The position numbers and the translations under genes are program-made. A stretch of DNA of 64,000 bases. Source: Thermoplasmatales archaeon SW_10_69_26 (GTDB lineage Archaea > Thermoplasmatota > SW-10-69-26). Shown here piece by piece: positions 48,091 to 57,547 of this stretch (position 1 is the first letter of the stretch; every line of letters begins with the position of its first letter). The DNA is taken from positions 32,001-96,000 of the forward strand of contig PXUB01000032.1 of assembly GCA_003009755.1 (NCBI GenBank), read 5' to 3'. The notes below the pieces were generated by a model. The model was not told where the DNA came from, did no database searches, and saw nothing but the letters and a program-made list of their open reading frames with translations.

Positions 48091-48624
48091 TCACGTCTCG
48101 ACCTGCCAGACGACGAGATCGAGCCGGTACTCGATCTGGGGGTGATCGCATCCGGGCGCCAGCGCGAAGGGCAGGCAGATCGTGGAGCCCTGCTCGGCCT
48201 CGACCGTGACCGTGTAGTTGCCGGTCGGGACGTCGGGAGCGAGCAAGGTCACGTGCCCGTCGTCGCATCCGTCGTAGACCCGCTCGAAGCCGGGCCCGTC
48301 GATCCGCAGATCGAGGTCGTTGGCCTTCGGGCACGGCCCGGTCGATGCGACCGGTCCCGTGTTGTAGCGCAGATCGATCTCCAACCGGTTGGACGCCGGC
48401 TCCACGGGGACCTCGTACGCCTTGAACGTCCCCGCGTCGACGTCCTGCCCCAGTAGGGTCTGGTCCACGCGAGCGTCGACGACGCCGCTGGGGTCGCCGA
48501 CGAACAGCGCGTCCTCGTCTTGGACGTTCACCGTCGTCCGGTCGGCGACGGCAGGGATCGAGGCGGCCACGAGAACCATCGCGGCAGCGATGGGAAGCCA
48601 CGTCGAACGGCTACCCCAGAGCAT
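48091..48624 (-). CDS. Secreted protein with PPC-like beta-sandwich domain
   Basis: Signal peptide; NDLDLRIDGP..PTGNYTVTV pattern; Cys pairs; start ATG 48624. Confidence 0.65.
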   Translation of the reverse strand: MLWGSRSTWLPIAAAMVLVAASIPAVADRTTVNVQDEDALFVGDPSGVVDARVDQTLLGQDVDAGTFKAYEVPVEPASNRLEIDLRYNTGPVASTGPCPKANDLDLRIDGPGFERVYDGCDDGHVTLLAPDVPTGNYTVTVEAEQGSTICLPFALAPGCDHPQIEYRLDLVVWQVET

Positions 48625-48710
48625 GCTACCGTCAGTAGCACGCTGGGCCTTCAAACGTGTGTAGCCACCGAGGGAGACAACAGCCCGTCGGCCGAGCTCG
48701 AAGCAGGCCG

Positions 48711-48917
48711 TCAGTCGAGCTCGAAGGCGACCTTGACCTTGACCTGGTACTCCCTGACGTTGCCGTCGGAGACCGAGCCGCGCTCCTCCTCGACCTCGAA
48801 CCACGAGAGGTCGTTGAGGGTCTGGTCGGCGCGAGCGATCGCGTTGTCCACGGCGTCGGAGAAGGACTCCTCCGAGATCCCGACGAGCTCGATGATCTTG
48901 TACGTACGGTCGGCCAT
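48711..48917 (-). CDS. Dodecin (flavin-binding)
   Basis: TYKIIELVGIS..A..TL..LSWFEV..RG..EYQVKVKVAFEL. Confidence 0.93.
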   Translation of the reverse strand: MADRTYKIIELVGISEESFSDAVDNAIARADQTLNDLSWFEVEEERGSVSDGNVREYQVKVKVAFELD

Positions 48918-49065
48918 ACACGTTCAGACGCCCGACGGCCTCAAAGGGCTTACGTTGAAGGGCCGGTCGGAGCTGCCGCTCGCGGCGACCTCGGGCCAGC
49001 AGCGGCCGAGGAAGCAGACGCGCCTGTGGGGCGCGATCCCGGCTCCGAGCGTCCACCGCGCTGGG

Positions 49066-50045
49066 CTACCCCACCGGCCGCCACTTCAACCCGTAGCGGG
49101 TCTGGCCCTCCATCGAGAACAGGCGGCGCAGCACCGGCCGCACGCGGTCGCCGATCGACAGCTCGCCCTCGAGGGCCGCCTGCCCGATCTCGCGGCCGCC
49201 CTCGTCGAGGCTCACGATGACGACGTCGTAGGGGCCATCGGCGTCGTGCTGGCGGGCGAACTCGCCCGGCGGCCCGGCCTCGATCGTCGTCGTCGCGGCG
49301 ACCTCGCCCCCGCCGCGGGCTCGGGCCCCGTAGCGGCGCTCGGGGTCGGCATCGTAGACCTCGCGGGACACGTAGGCTCCCTGCGAGGCCTCGCTCCACG
49401 GCTCGGCCTCGGCCTGCTCGCGGCGCCGGTAGATGTCCACGGTCAGCTCCTCGGCCGGGGTGGCCAGGCCGTCGACGGCGATCGCGGGGCCCTCGAGGCG
49501 GACGACGTGGGCCTGCCCGTCGCCGACGTCCCCGACCAGGACCGGGCCCTCGGCCTCGGTCGACCGCTCGAGGATCTCCAGGCCCGCGCCCGCCGGCCCG
49601 GCGCGGCCCACGGACCACCCAACGGCGCCCTCGCTGGCCGTCGAAGCGGTTGCCGGCGGGGCCAGCCGGGGCACGGTCTCGTCGGGGTCGAGCTCGGCGA
49701 AGGCCCGCTGGAGGGCCGCCTCGTCCCCGCCGCCGAGCGGGGCCGCCTCGACGCTGGCCGCGCCCGTGAGGCAGGCGCCCTCGTCGGGGCTCACGCGAAC
49801 GGCGACCCCGGCGCCGCCAAGCCGACCTGCTCGCTGGGGTCCTCGAGGAAGACGCGGATCCGGTCCAGGCCTTCGAGGGCCTCGTCGGGGAGATGGAGGC
49901 CGGCCTCGACCGCCATCGTGAGCCCGTCCTCGTCCCATCCCGGGACGCGCAGCGCCTCGAACCCGCGGGCGAGACCGGCTTGCCGGGCGCGCTTGCCCTC
50001 GATCCGGTGCACGGGCAGGTGGACACCGCCAGCGGTGATCGCCAC
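49066..50045 (-). pseudogene. HMG-CoA-synthase-like N-terminus plus DUF35 OB-fold thiolase partner, frameshifted near 49815
   Basis: WDEDGLTMAVEA in frame 49791..50045; GAYVS..PPGEF..GDRVRPVLRRLF..RYGLKW in frame 49066..49938. Confidence 0.7.
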
Positions 50046-50046
50046 C

Positions 50047-51210
50047 TCAGGTCCCCCCTCGCTCGAGCACGTGCACCGCGCACGTCGCCCCCGAGCCGCC
50101 GACGTTGTGCGTCAGCCCGGTCTCGGCGTCCGCGATCTGGCGGTCGCCGGCGCGAGAGAGCAACTGGTCGTGGATCTCGGCCACCTGGGCGACGCCGGTC
50201 GCGCCCAGCGGGTGGCCTTTGCCCTTGAGGCCGCCGCTGGGGTTGACCACGCAGGCCCCGCCGCGATCGGTGCGGCCCTCCGCCGTCGCGGGTCCGCCCT
50301 CGCCCTTGCCGGCCAGGCCCAGATCCTCGATCGCCAGGATCTCGGCGATCGTGAAGCAATCGTGCACCTCGGCCAGGTCGACCTCCTCGATCGAGCGCCC
50401 CGCCTCCCTCAGGGCCTCCTCGCCGGCGGTCCGCGTGGCGGAGAGCTCGGTCAGGCTCGGCCGTTCGTGCAGCGCCAGGTGGTCGCTGGCGGCGCCCGCT
50501 CCGGTGATCGTGGTGGCTTCGGCATCGATCTGGTCGGCCCTCGCGGCCGAGGTGAGCACGAGCGCGGCGGCTCCATCCGTGGTGCCGCAGCAGTCGAACA
50601 GGCGCAGGGGGTCGGCCACGGTCGGCGAATCCATCACCCGCTCGAGGCCGACCTCCTTGCTGAACTGGGCGTTGGGGTTGTCGGCGGCGAAGCGGTGGTT
50701 CTTCACCGCGACCTGGGCCAGCTGCTCGCGCGTGGTGCCGTGTTCGTGGGCGTGGCGGGAGGCCATCAGGCCGTAGACGCCGGGGAACGTGGTGCCGGCC
50801 ATGCGCTCCCAGGGCGTCTCGCCGGAGACGCCCAGCCAGTACCCGCTGCGGTGGCTGGGCTGGTCGTTCATGCGCTCGAACCCGACGACGAGCGCCACCT
50901 CGCATCGACCCGCCTCGATCGCTTGCAGCGCCGAGCGGACCGCATAGCCGCCGCTTGCGCAGGCGTTCTCGACCCGGTGGGCGGCTACGCCCTGCAGGCC
51001 CTCGATCCCGTTGACCAGAGCGGCCGGGTTGCCCAACTGGCCGCCGCCGAACGCCAGCGAGGCCCACCAGGCCTCGTCGACGTCCTCGGCCGCCAACCCT
51101 GCATCTCGCAACGCATCGTCGACGACGGACTCGACGCGAGGGAACGCATCGCCGCTGTACGCACCGAAGTTCGACATCCCGCAGCCGACCACGGCCACCT
51201 CGGGGCTCAT
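50047..51210 (-). CDS. Archaeal/SCP-x-type thiolase (acetyl-CoA acetyltransferase)
   Basis: VENACASG, AVKNH, TDGAAA, EVHDCF, NPSGGLKGKGHPLGATG, HNVGG. Confidence 0.93.
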   Translation of the reverse strand: MSPEVAVVGCGMSNFGAYSGDAFPRVESVVDDALRDAGLAAEDVDEAWWASLAFGGGQLGNPAALVNGIEGLQGVAAHRVENACASGGYAVRSALQAIEAGRCEVALVVGFERMNDQPSHRSGYWLGVSGETPWERMAGTTFPGVYGLMASRHAHEHGTTREQLAQVAVKNHRFAADNPNAQFSKEVGLERVMDSPTVADPLRLFDCCGTTDGAAALVLTSAARADQIDAEATTITGAGAASDHLALHERPSLTELSATRTAGEEALREAGRSIEEVDLAEVHDCFTIAEILAIEDLGLAGKGEGGPATAEGRTDRGGACVVNPSGGLKGKGHPLGATGVAQVAEIHDQLLSRAGDRQIADAETGLTHNVGGSGATCAVHVLERGGT

Positions 51211-51238
51211 CTCGGCCGACCATGCGGGACGGGGCCCT

Positions 51239-51667
51239 TAGACTGCCGGTCTTGTTTTGCTTACGCTCTCGCGCCGGCCTCCCGAGAGGACGAGCCCGGA
51301 AGCTCGTGCGAGGGAGCGTGGCAAAATCGCGGAGCCTGAGGAACGCAACCCTCGGGCGTGATCTCCGGGCACGACAACGAGGGGGCCCGCCTTAGACCGG
51401 CGCACCAGAACATTTCCGGTCCCACGGTCTCCCCCTACAAGCGGTTGGCCAGGAGAAGTTCACCGGATCGAGGGGGAGCGGTCTCCGTGACCCCCCTCAC
51501 GGCGAGGCCGCCCTCAGGCCGGTGACGACGCGAGGTCCCCACGTCCGCGGGTTGCAAGCGTTGTCGCCGTCGACCTCGAAAGGCCTGTGGGCCTTCCGTC
51601 GTCTCGGCTCCGCGCTTTCACCGCCTGAGGGCGGCGAGAGCCTAACCCAAGCATCGCCGGCAGTCTA
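51239..51667. mobile_element. Non-autonomous MITE with IS630-type ends (~430 bp)
   Basis: TAGACTGCCGG...CCGGCAGTCTA, identical to the terminal 11 nt of the IS630 at 57545-58676; TA on both sides; no transposase ORF. Confidence 0.8.
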
Positions 51668-51693
51668 GCTTGACGGCCCGGCGGAAGACGCGA

Positions 51694-52380
51694 TCAGCGT
51701 CGGCGCAAGGCGACGGCGCCGGCCACGAGGGCAAGCGGAGCGACCCAGGGACCGAACGGGATGCCGTTGCCGTCCCCGCCGCCGTCCTCGCCACCGTCGG
51801 TGGTGCCGTTGCCGCCGCTGCTGCCCCCGGTCGTCTCGTCGCCATCCGTGGCACCGCCGTCGGTGGTGCCGGCGTCGCTGGAGGCGACCGTGACGGGCAG
51901 GCTCGTCGTTCCCTCGGCGGAGGGGAACTCGCCGTTGCAGCTTCCCTCGGGCGGGCCGTAGTTGCCGCCGGGGAAGGTGCCCGTGACCGTGACCTCGCGG
52001 TCGCCGCCGGAAGCGGTGTTGGCGGCCTGCACGGTGACGGTGGTCTCCTGGGAGTTGTTGTAGCCGCCGGCCGCCGTCCCCGAGTTGTGGATCCCTTGCG
52101 TGTCCGAGAACACGAGCTCGGAGGGATCGGCCAGACCGGTGACGCCGTTCGGGTTGGAGACGCTCACGTTGACCGGGAGCTCCTCGTTCTCGGCGCAACT
52201 GAAGTTGTCACCCGTCAACCGGACCAGCACCGTGACGTCCTTGGACTCGCCCGGCGACAGCTCGCCGGCTTCGTCTTGCGGTTCGAGCTCCACCGAGAAA
52301 GAGGGCTGCTGAGCAGCCGCCAGGCCAGCGATGGCAAGCAGCGCGGCGACCGTCAAAGCCCCGATCGTTCGTGAACCCAC
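51694..52380 (-). CDS. Secreted surface protein with G/T/D linker and PGF-CTERM-like anchor
   Basis: Signal peptide; Ig-like core with Cys pair; IPFGP-TM-RRR tail; GTG start 52380 inferred. Confidence 0.78.
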   Translation of the reverse strand: MGSRTIGALTVAALLAIAGLAAAQQPSFSVELEPQDEAGELSPGESKDVTVLVRLTGDNFSCAENEELPVNVSVSNPNGVTGLADPSELVFSDTQGIHNSGTAAGGYNNSQETTVTVQAANTASGGDREVTVTGTFPGGNYGPPEGSCNGEFPSAEGTTSLPVTVASSDAGTTDGGATDGDETTGGSSGGNGTTDGGEDGGGDGNGIPFGPWVAPLALVAGAVALRRR

Positions 52381-52621
52381 GGAGTCACACCCACGCTGGT
52401 GGACGAGGTTCCGGCCCTTGACGATTGTGGATTCGGCCTCGAACACTCTCACCCACGGGTGTGGTCTGGGCCCCGGCCGACGTCCGGCCCCTCATCCCCC
52501 GCAAGGTCGCCAACCACGACCGTGACGTTGCTCTCTGCGATCGCTCGCGGCCTCGTCCGCCAGCGCCGGGTCAGGCAGCTGCTCGAGGCCCAGGACGATC
52601 CCGGCGACCTCGAACGCGGCT

Positions 52622-52990
52622 TCACGCCGGCTGGGACCGCTCGAGCTGGATCTGAGCAGCCCCCATCGTCCCGCTGATCGGTGGGTTGGGCTTGCGGACG
52701 CGGACGACGCACCGCCGCCAGTGCAGGCCCTCGAGCGCGTCGAGGATCTCCTCGGCCAGTCCCTCCAACAGCGGGTGCTCGTCCTCCGAGATGACGCGGT
52801 CGATGCGATCGTGGACCTCGCGGTAGTCGATCGTGCGATCCAACGAGTGAACCGAGCCCTCACCCATGGGGATCTCCAAGTCCACGTCCACCTCGACGTG
52901 CGTGCCGACGGTGCGTTCCTCCTCGGTGTGGCCGATGCGGCCGAAGAAGCGCATCTCGTCGAGGCTCATCAGCGCGACGTCGTCGCTCAT
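52622..52990 (-). CDS. folB: Dihydroneopterin aldolase
   Basis: FFGRIGHTEEER, VDVDL, TIDY, LLEGLAEEI, VRKPNPPI. Confidence 0.88.
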   Translation of the reverse strand: MSDDVALMSLDEMRFFGRIGHTEEERTVGTHVEVDVDLEIPMGEGSVHSLDRTIDYREVHDRIDRVISEDEHPLLEGLAEEILDALEGLHWRRCVVRVRKPNPPISGTMGAAQIQLERSQPA

Positions 52991-53814
52991 CGTGGATCCA
53001 ACGCCTCCGCCGTCCGCACCGCGTCCAGGGTCTCGGGTACATCGTGCACCCGAACGATGGCGGCCCCGTCGCGGGCCGCCAACGTCGCCACGGCCAGCGA
53101 GCCGGGCAACCGCTCGTCCACCTCGCGGTCCAGCAGGTCGGCGAACATCGACTTGCGGGACACGCCGACGAGGAGGGGGTAACCGAGACCGGCCAGCGAG
53201 GAGGTGGCGCGCAACAGCTCGAGGTTGTGCGCGAGCCGCTTGCCGAACCCGATCCCTGGATCGAGCGTGATCGCATCCCGCTCGATGCCGGCCGCTCGCG
53301 CGGCCTCGGCTCGCTCCAGCAGGAACGCGGCGACCTCGGCGCGCACGTTCTCGTAGGAGGGATCGGCCTGCATGACGTCGGGCGTGCCCTGCCGATGCAT
53401 GAGCACGATGTCGGCCCCGTGGTCGGCGACCACGTCGAACATGCGCTCGTCGTCGCGCCCGGCGCTGACGTCGTTCACGATCGCCGCCCCGGCCTCCAGG
53501 GCGCGATCGGCCACCGCGGCCCGGCGGGTGTCGACGCTGATCGGCACGTCGACCACGTCGTCGATCGCCTCGACGGCGGGCACGACGCGCTCGAGCTCGT
53601 CCCTCTCGGGAACCGGATCGGCGCCCGGTCGGGTGCTTTCGCCGCCGACGTCGAGCACGTCGGCGCCCTGCTCGGCCATCCGGCGGGCCCGCCGGACGGC
53701 GTCCTCGGCCTCGGGGGCGCGGCTGTCGGCGTAGAAGCTGTCGGGGGTGACGTTCACGACGCCCATGACGAGCGGGCGCCCGGCCTGCGCGAACCGGTCG
53801 CGGATCGGGCCCAT
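52987..53814 (-). CDS. folP: Dihydropteroate synthase
   Basis: MGVVNVTPDSF, GGESTRPG, NDVSA, DPGIGFGK, SRKS, RVHDV. Confidence 0.96.
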   Translation of the reverse strand: MGPIRDRFAQAGRPLVMGVVNVTPDSFYADSRAPEAEDAVRRARRMAEQGADVLDVGGESTRPGADPVPERDELERVVPAVEAIDDVVDVPISVDTRRAAVADRALEAGAAIVNDVSAGRDDERMFDVVADHGADIVLMHRQGTPDVMQADPSYENVRAEVAAFLLERAEAARAAGIERDAITLDPGIGFGKRLAHNLELLRATSSLAGLGYPLLVGVSRKSMFADLLDREVDERLPGSLAVATLAARDGAAIVRVHDVPETLDAVRTAEALDPR

Positions 53815-53815
53815 C

Positions 53816-55105
53816 TCAGCCGACCAGGTCCGGCGCGATGTCGAGCACGCGGCCGGCGAGATAGAAGGAACCGAACACGACCACGGCGTCCTCCGGGTTG
53901 GCGGTGCCGAGCATCGTCTTCAGCGCCGTGTGGATGTTGTGGACGGTGCGAACCCGCGAGCAGTGGCGCTCGGCCTCGCCGGCCAGCGCCTTCGCGTTCA
54001 GGCCGCGGTCGCCGCTTCCGGGCGGCTTGGTGACGAACACCTCGCGGCTCTCCGGCGCCATGATCTCCATCATGGAGCCGTAGTCCTTGTCGCGAAGCGC
54101 GCCGAACATGATGAAGTAGCGCTCGAACTCCCTCTCCTGCAGGAAGGACCGCAGCGTCTTCACCGCGTCCGGGTTGTGGGCACCGTCGATGATGAACGCC
54201 GGCTCCTTCTGCGCGACGTCCATGCGGCCCGGCAGATCGGTGGCTTCGATCCCGGCGGGCACGCCGGCGTCCTCGGCCTCGAGATCCGTCTCCTCCCGCA
54301 GCAGCTGGAAGGTGTGCGCGGCGAGGGCGGCGTTCTCGGCCATGTGCTCGCCCGGCATCGAGGAATGCAGTTCCCCCCAGGGCGAGTCGGGGATGGTGAA
54401 CCGGACGCCGTCGAGGTCGTTGGCCTGGATCTGCGGGGAGCCCAGCGAGCGAAGCACCTTCAGCGGCGCGCGTCGCTTCGCGGCCTCGCTCCACACGGAC
54501 TTGAGTGCGAGCCCGTCGGCGCCGGTGACGACCGGCACACCTTTGCGCAGGATGCCGGCCTTCTCGCGGGCGATCTGCTCGTCGCTGGAGCCCAGGTGCT
54601 CGGCGTGCTCGATCCCGACGTTCGTGATGACGGTCGCCTCGGGGTCCCGGAGAACGTTCGTGGCGTCCTTCCTGCCGCCGAGCCCGACCTCGATCACGGC
54701 GTAGTCCACGTCGGCCTCGGCGAAGTGCACCAGCGCCATGGCCGTCAGGGTCTCGAAGAACGTCGGCTCGAGGCCGGCGTCCTCGGCCTGATCCATGACG
54801 CGCTGGGCGACGTCGGCGAACGTGTCCTCGTCGACGTTCTCCTCGTCGACGCGGATCCGTTCGGTGACGGTGTGGACGTGCGGGCTGGCGTACGTGCCGA
54901 CGCGCTGCCCGGCCGAGACGAGCATGTTCGAGAGGAACGCGCACACCGACCCCTTGCCGTTGGTGCCGGCCACGTGCACCGACTCGAACTGGTCCTGGGG
55001 GTTGCCCAGCGCGTCCAGCAGGTTCTCGATCGTGTCGAGCTCGAGGTTGATCTCTCGCTCGCGCAGGGCCTCCAGCCGTTCCATCGTGGACTCTGCCTCA
55101 GCCAT
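53816..55105 (-). CDS. folC: Folylpolyglutamate/dihydrofolate synthase
   Basis: HVAGTNGKGS, SPH, TFFE, EVGLGG..DATN, PGR, DGAHN, FGSFYL; start ATG 55105. Confidence 0.95.
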   Translation of the reverse strand: MAEAESTMERLEALREREINLELDTIENLLDALGNPQDQFESVHVAGTNGKGSVCAFLSNMLVSAGQRVGTYASPHVHTVTERIRVDEENVDEDTFADVAQRVMDQAEDAGLEPTFFETLTAMALVHFAEADVDYAVIEVGLGGRKDATNVLRDPEATVITNVGIEHAEHLGSSDEQIAREKAGILRKGVPVVTGADGLALKSVWSEAAKRRAPLKVLRSLGSPQIQANDLDGVRFTIPDSPWGELHSSMPGEHMAENAALAAHTFQLLREETDLEAEDAGVPAGIEATDLPGRMDVAQKEPAFIIDGAHNPDAVKTLRSFLQEREFERYFIMFGALRDKDYGSMMEIMAPESREVFVTKPPGSGDRGLNAKALAGEAERHCSRVRTVHNIHTALKTMLGTANPEDAVVVFGSFYLAGRVLDIAPDLVG

Positions 55106-55751
55106 CGTCAGCCACCTCCGGTACGATCCTCCCCTCGATGTCGACGTCTCCCTTGATGTGCACCCGTCCGTCCTCGATCGACAGCCGCCCCTCGGCGAAC
55201 AGGCGGACGCTGGCGGGCAGGATCTCGTGCTCGGTCGCGAGGATCCGCTGGCTGAGCTGCTCCCGATCGTCGTCGGGGCGTACCGGGACCGCCGACTGGA
55301 GGATGATCGGGCCCGCGTCCACCTCTTCGGTGACGAAATGCGTCGTCGCACCAGCGACGCGGACGCCGGCGTCGAGGGCCTGGTGTTGGGCGTCCGTGCC
55401 GCGGAAGGAAGGCAAAAGCGCCGGGTGGATGTTGATCACGCGTTGCGGGAACGCAGAGAGGAACGTGGACGTGAGAATCCGCATGAAGCCGGCCAAGACC
55501 ACGAGGTCGACATCGCGGTCCTCGAGCGCGTCGGCCAGCTCGGCGTCGTAGGCCTCGCGGTCCCTGCCGTCGGGGTCGAGGACCATCGTTTCCACGTCGA
55601 AGTGTCGCGCTCGCTCGAGCGCTCGAGCGTCGTCCTGATCGGAGACGACCACCTCGATGGACGCCGGCCCCAACCGGTCCCCCTGCTCGGCTTCGAGCAG
55701 GGCTCGGAGGTTGGTTCCGCGTCCGGAGGCGAGCACGGCGACGGAGAGCAT
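55098..55751 (-). CDS. purN: Phosphoribosylglycinamide formyltransferase
   Basis: ASGRGTN, LAGFMRIL, NIHPALLP, DAGPII, EH. Confidence 0.96.
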   Translation of the reverse strand: MLSVAVLASGRGTNLRALLEAEQGDRLGPASIEVVVSDQDDARALERARHFDVETMVLDPDGRDREAYDAELADALEDRDVDLVVLAGFMRILTSTFLSAFPQRVINIHPALLPSFRGTDAQHQALDAGVRVAGATTHFVTEEVDAGPIILQSAVPVRPDDDREQLSQRILATEHEILPASVRLFAEGRLSIEDGRVHIKGDVDIEGRIVPEVADDG

Positions 55752-55957
55752 CGTGGATAGACCTTCCTCAGTACGTGCCTTAGGCTTGGCGGGTGGTTAT
55801 ACATTTCCCTCCGAGGGCGCGCAGGCGACCGCTATCCGTGGTAGGACGTGCCTAGGGACGTTCTCGGCGACCGGGAGCCTGGCATGGGTCTCCGGGGCGA
55901 GCGCGTTCGCGGTTCCTGGTGCAAGGGTTATACGGAACCGTCGGGCTCCCAGGCCGC

Positions 55958-57547
55958 GTGGGTCACGACCAGGTCGACCTCGACACGTTCCTGGAGGAGG
56001 GCATCCCCGAGCCCGCGGACCCGGGCGCGACCGGTGAGCCTTCCTACGTCAGCCACCCGATGGTGGAGCCCGAGACGCTCGAGGAGCGCCCCTACCAGAC
56101 CGAGCTGGCCGAGCAGGCCCACGGCCGTCGAACGCTGGTCGTGCTCCCGACCGGGCTCGGCAAGACGATGGTGGCGGCGTTGCTGGCCGCCGAGGTCCTG
56201 CAGAACCGCGAGGGCAAGGTCGTGTTCCTCGCCCCGACCCGGCCGCTGGTCCAACAGCACGAGGAGACCTTCGAGGAGCTGTTGCGCGCCCGGGACCAGG
56301 TCGCGCTCAGCGGCTCGGTCCCCGCCCAGCGTCGGGCCGAGCTCTTCGCGGAGAACCGGGTCATCTTCTCCACGCCCCAGGGCCTGCGCAACGATCTCGA
56401 GGCTGGGCTCGTCGACATCGACGACGTCGGCCTGCTGGTCTTCGACGAGGCCCACCGCGCCGTCGGCGACTACGCCTACGTCGACATCGGGCAACGCTAC
56501 CGCTACGCCTGTCCCGAGGGCACCGTCCTCGGTCTCACCGCCTCCCCCGGCGGCGACGAGGAGCGCATCCAGGAGGTCGTCGACAACCTCGGCATCCACG
56601 AGATCCTCAGTCGCGACGCCGAGGACCCCAGCGTCAAGCCCTACGTCAAGGAGACGAAGGTCCGCTGGGTCAAGCTGCAGCTCACGCCTGTGATGGAGGC
56701 CGTGCAAGCCCGGCTGCAGAACGTCGTCGACGAGCGTGCCAAGCCCCTGAAAGAGGCCCGCTACCTCGAGCCCAAGCCCTACGTCTCCCGGACCGACGCG
56801 ATCGAGGCCGGCAAGAAGATCCGGGCCGAGCTCGACGACGCCGAGAACAAGGGGCCGCTGTTCGGCATGTTGTTAAACCAGGGCGTCGTCATGCAGGCCC
56901 TGCACTGCCTCGAGCTCGTCGAGACGCAGGGTGTCGAGCCGTTGCAGACGTACCTCGCCCGCCTCATGCAGGACGAGGATCCCTCCCGCAGCGCGGAGGC
57001 CTTCGCCAAGGACCCCCAGGTCACGGACGTCTGGGCCCGCATCCAGGACTGGCCCCACCCCAGCCATCCCAAGATCGAGGCCTTGATCGAGACGTTGACC
57101 CGCGAGCTGGCCGACAACCCCGATGGCCTCGTCATCGTGTTCGCCCAGTACCGGGACACGATCAACTCGATCCTCGAAGCCCTCGAGGACGAGGGCATCG
57201 ACGCCGAGAAGTTCGTCGGCCAGTCCGACCGCGACGGCGACGAGGGCATGAGTCAGGACGAGCAAAAGGAGGTGCTCGACCGCATGCGCGCCGGCGAGTT
57301 CCGCGTGCTCGTCGCCTCCAGCGTCGCCGAGGAGGGGCTGGACATCCCCAGCGTGGACCTCGTCGTGTTCTACGAGCCCGTGCCCAGCGAGATCCGGCTC
57401 ATCCAGCGCCGCGGCCGCACCGGCCGCCAAAGCGTGGGCCGCATGGTCGTCCTCATCACCGAGGACACCCGCGACGAAGCCTTCATGCACGCCGCCATGA
57501 GCCGGGAGAAGAAGATGCGCCGCCTGGTCAAGGATCTGGGCGACTAG
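55958..57547 (+). CDS. Hef/FANCM-type DEAH helicase, helicase domain only
   Basis: ERPYQ, LPTGLGKT, DEAHRAVGDYAY, LTASPG, HPK, VAEEGLDIP, YEPVPSEIRLIQRRGRTGR; TTATA about 27 nt upstream of GTG 55958. Confidence 0.9.
   Translation: MGHDQVDLDTFLEEGIPEPADPGATGEPSYVSHPMVEPETLEERPYQTELAEQAHGRRTLVVLPTGLGKTMVAALLAAEVLQNREGKVVFLAPTRPLVQQHEETFEELLRARDQVALSGSVPAQRRAELFAENRVIFSTPQGLRNDLEAGLVDIDDVGLLVFDEAHRAVGDYAYVDIGQRYRYACPEGTVLGLTASPGGDEERIQEVVDNLGIHEILSRDAEDPSVKPYVKETKVRWVKLQLTPVMEAVQARLQNVVDERAKPLKEARYLEPKPYVSRTDAIEAGKKIRAELDDAENKGPLFGMLLNQGVVMQALHCLELVETQGVEPLQTYLARLMQDEDPSRSAEAFAKDPQVTDVWARIQDWPHPSHPKIEALIETLTRELADNPDGLVIVFAQYRDTINSILEALEDEGIDAEKFVGQSDRDGDEGMSQDEQKEVLDRMRAGEFRVLVASSVAEEGLDIPSVDLVVFYEPVPSEIRLIQRRGRTGRQSVGRMVVLITEDTRDEAFMHAAMSREKKMRRLVKDLGD

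Noticed and set aside
52449-52620. folK downstream of folB
   Set aside because: No LGSN, PRxxDxD or PH motifs in any minus-strand frame
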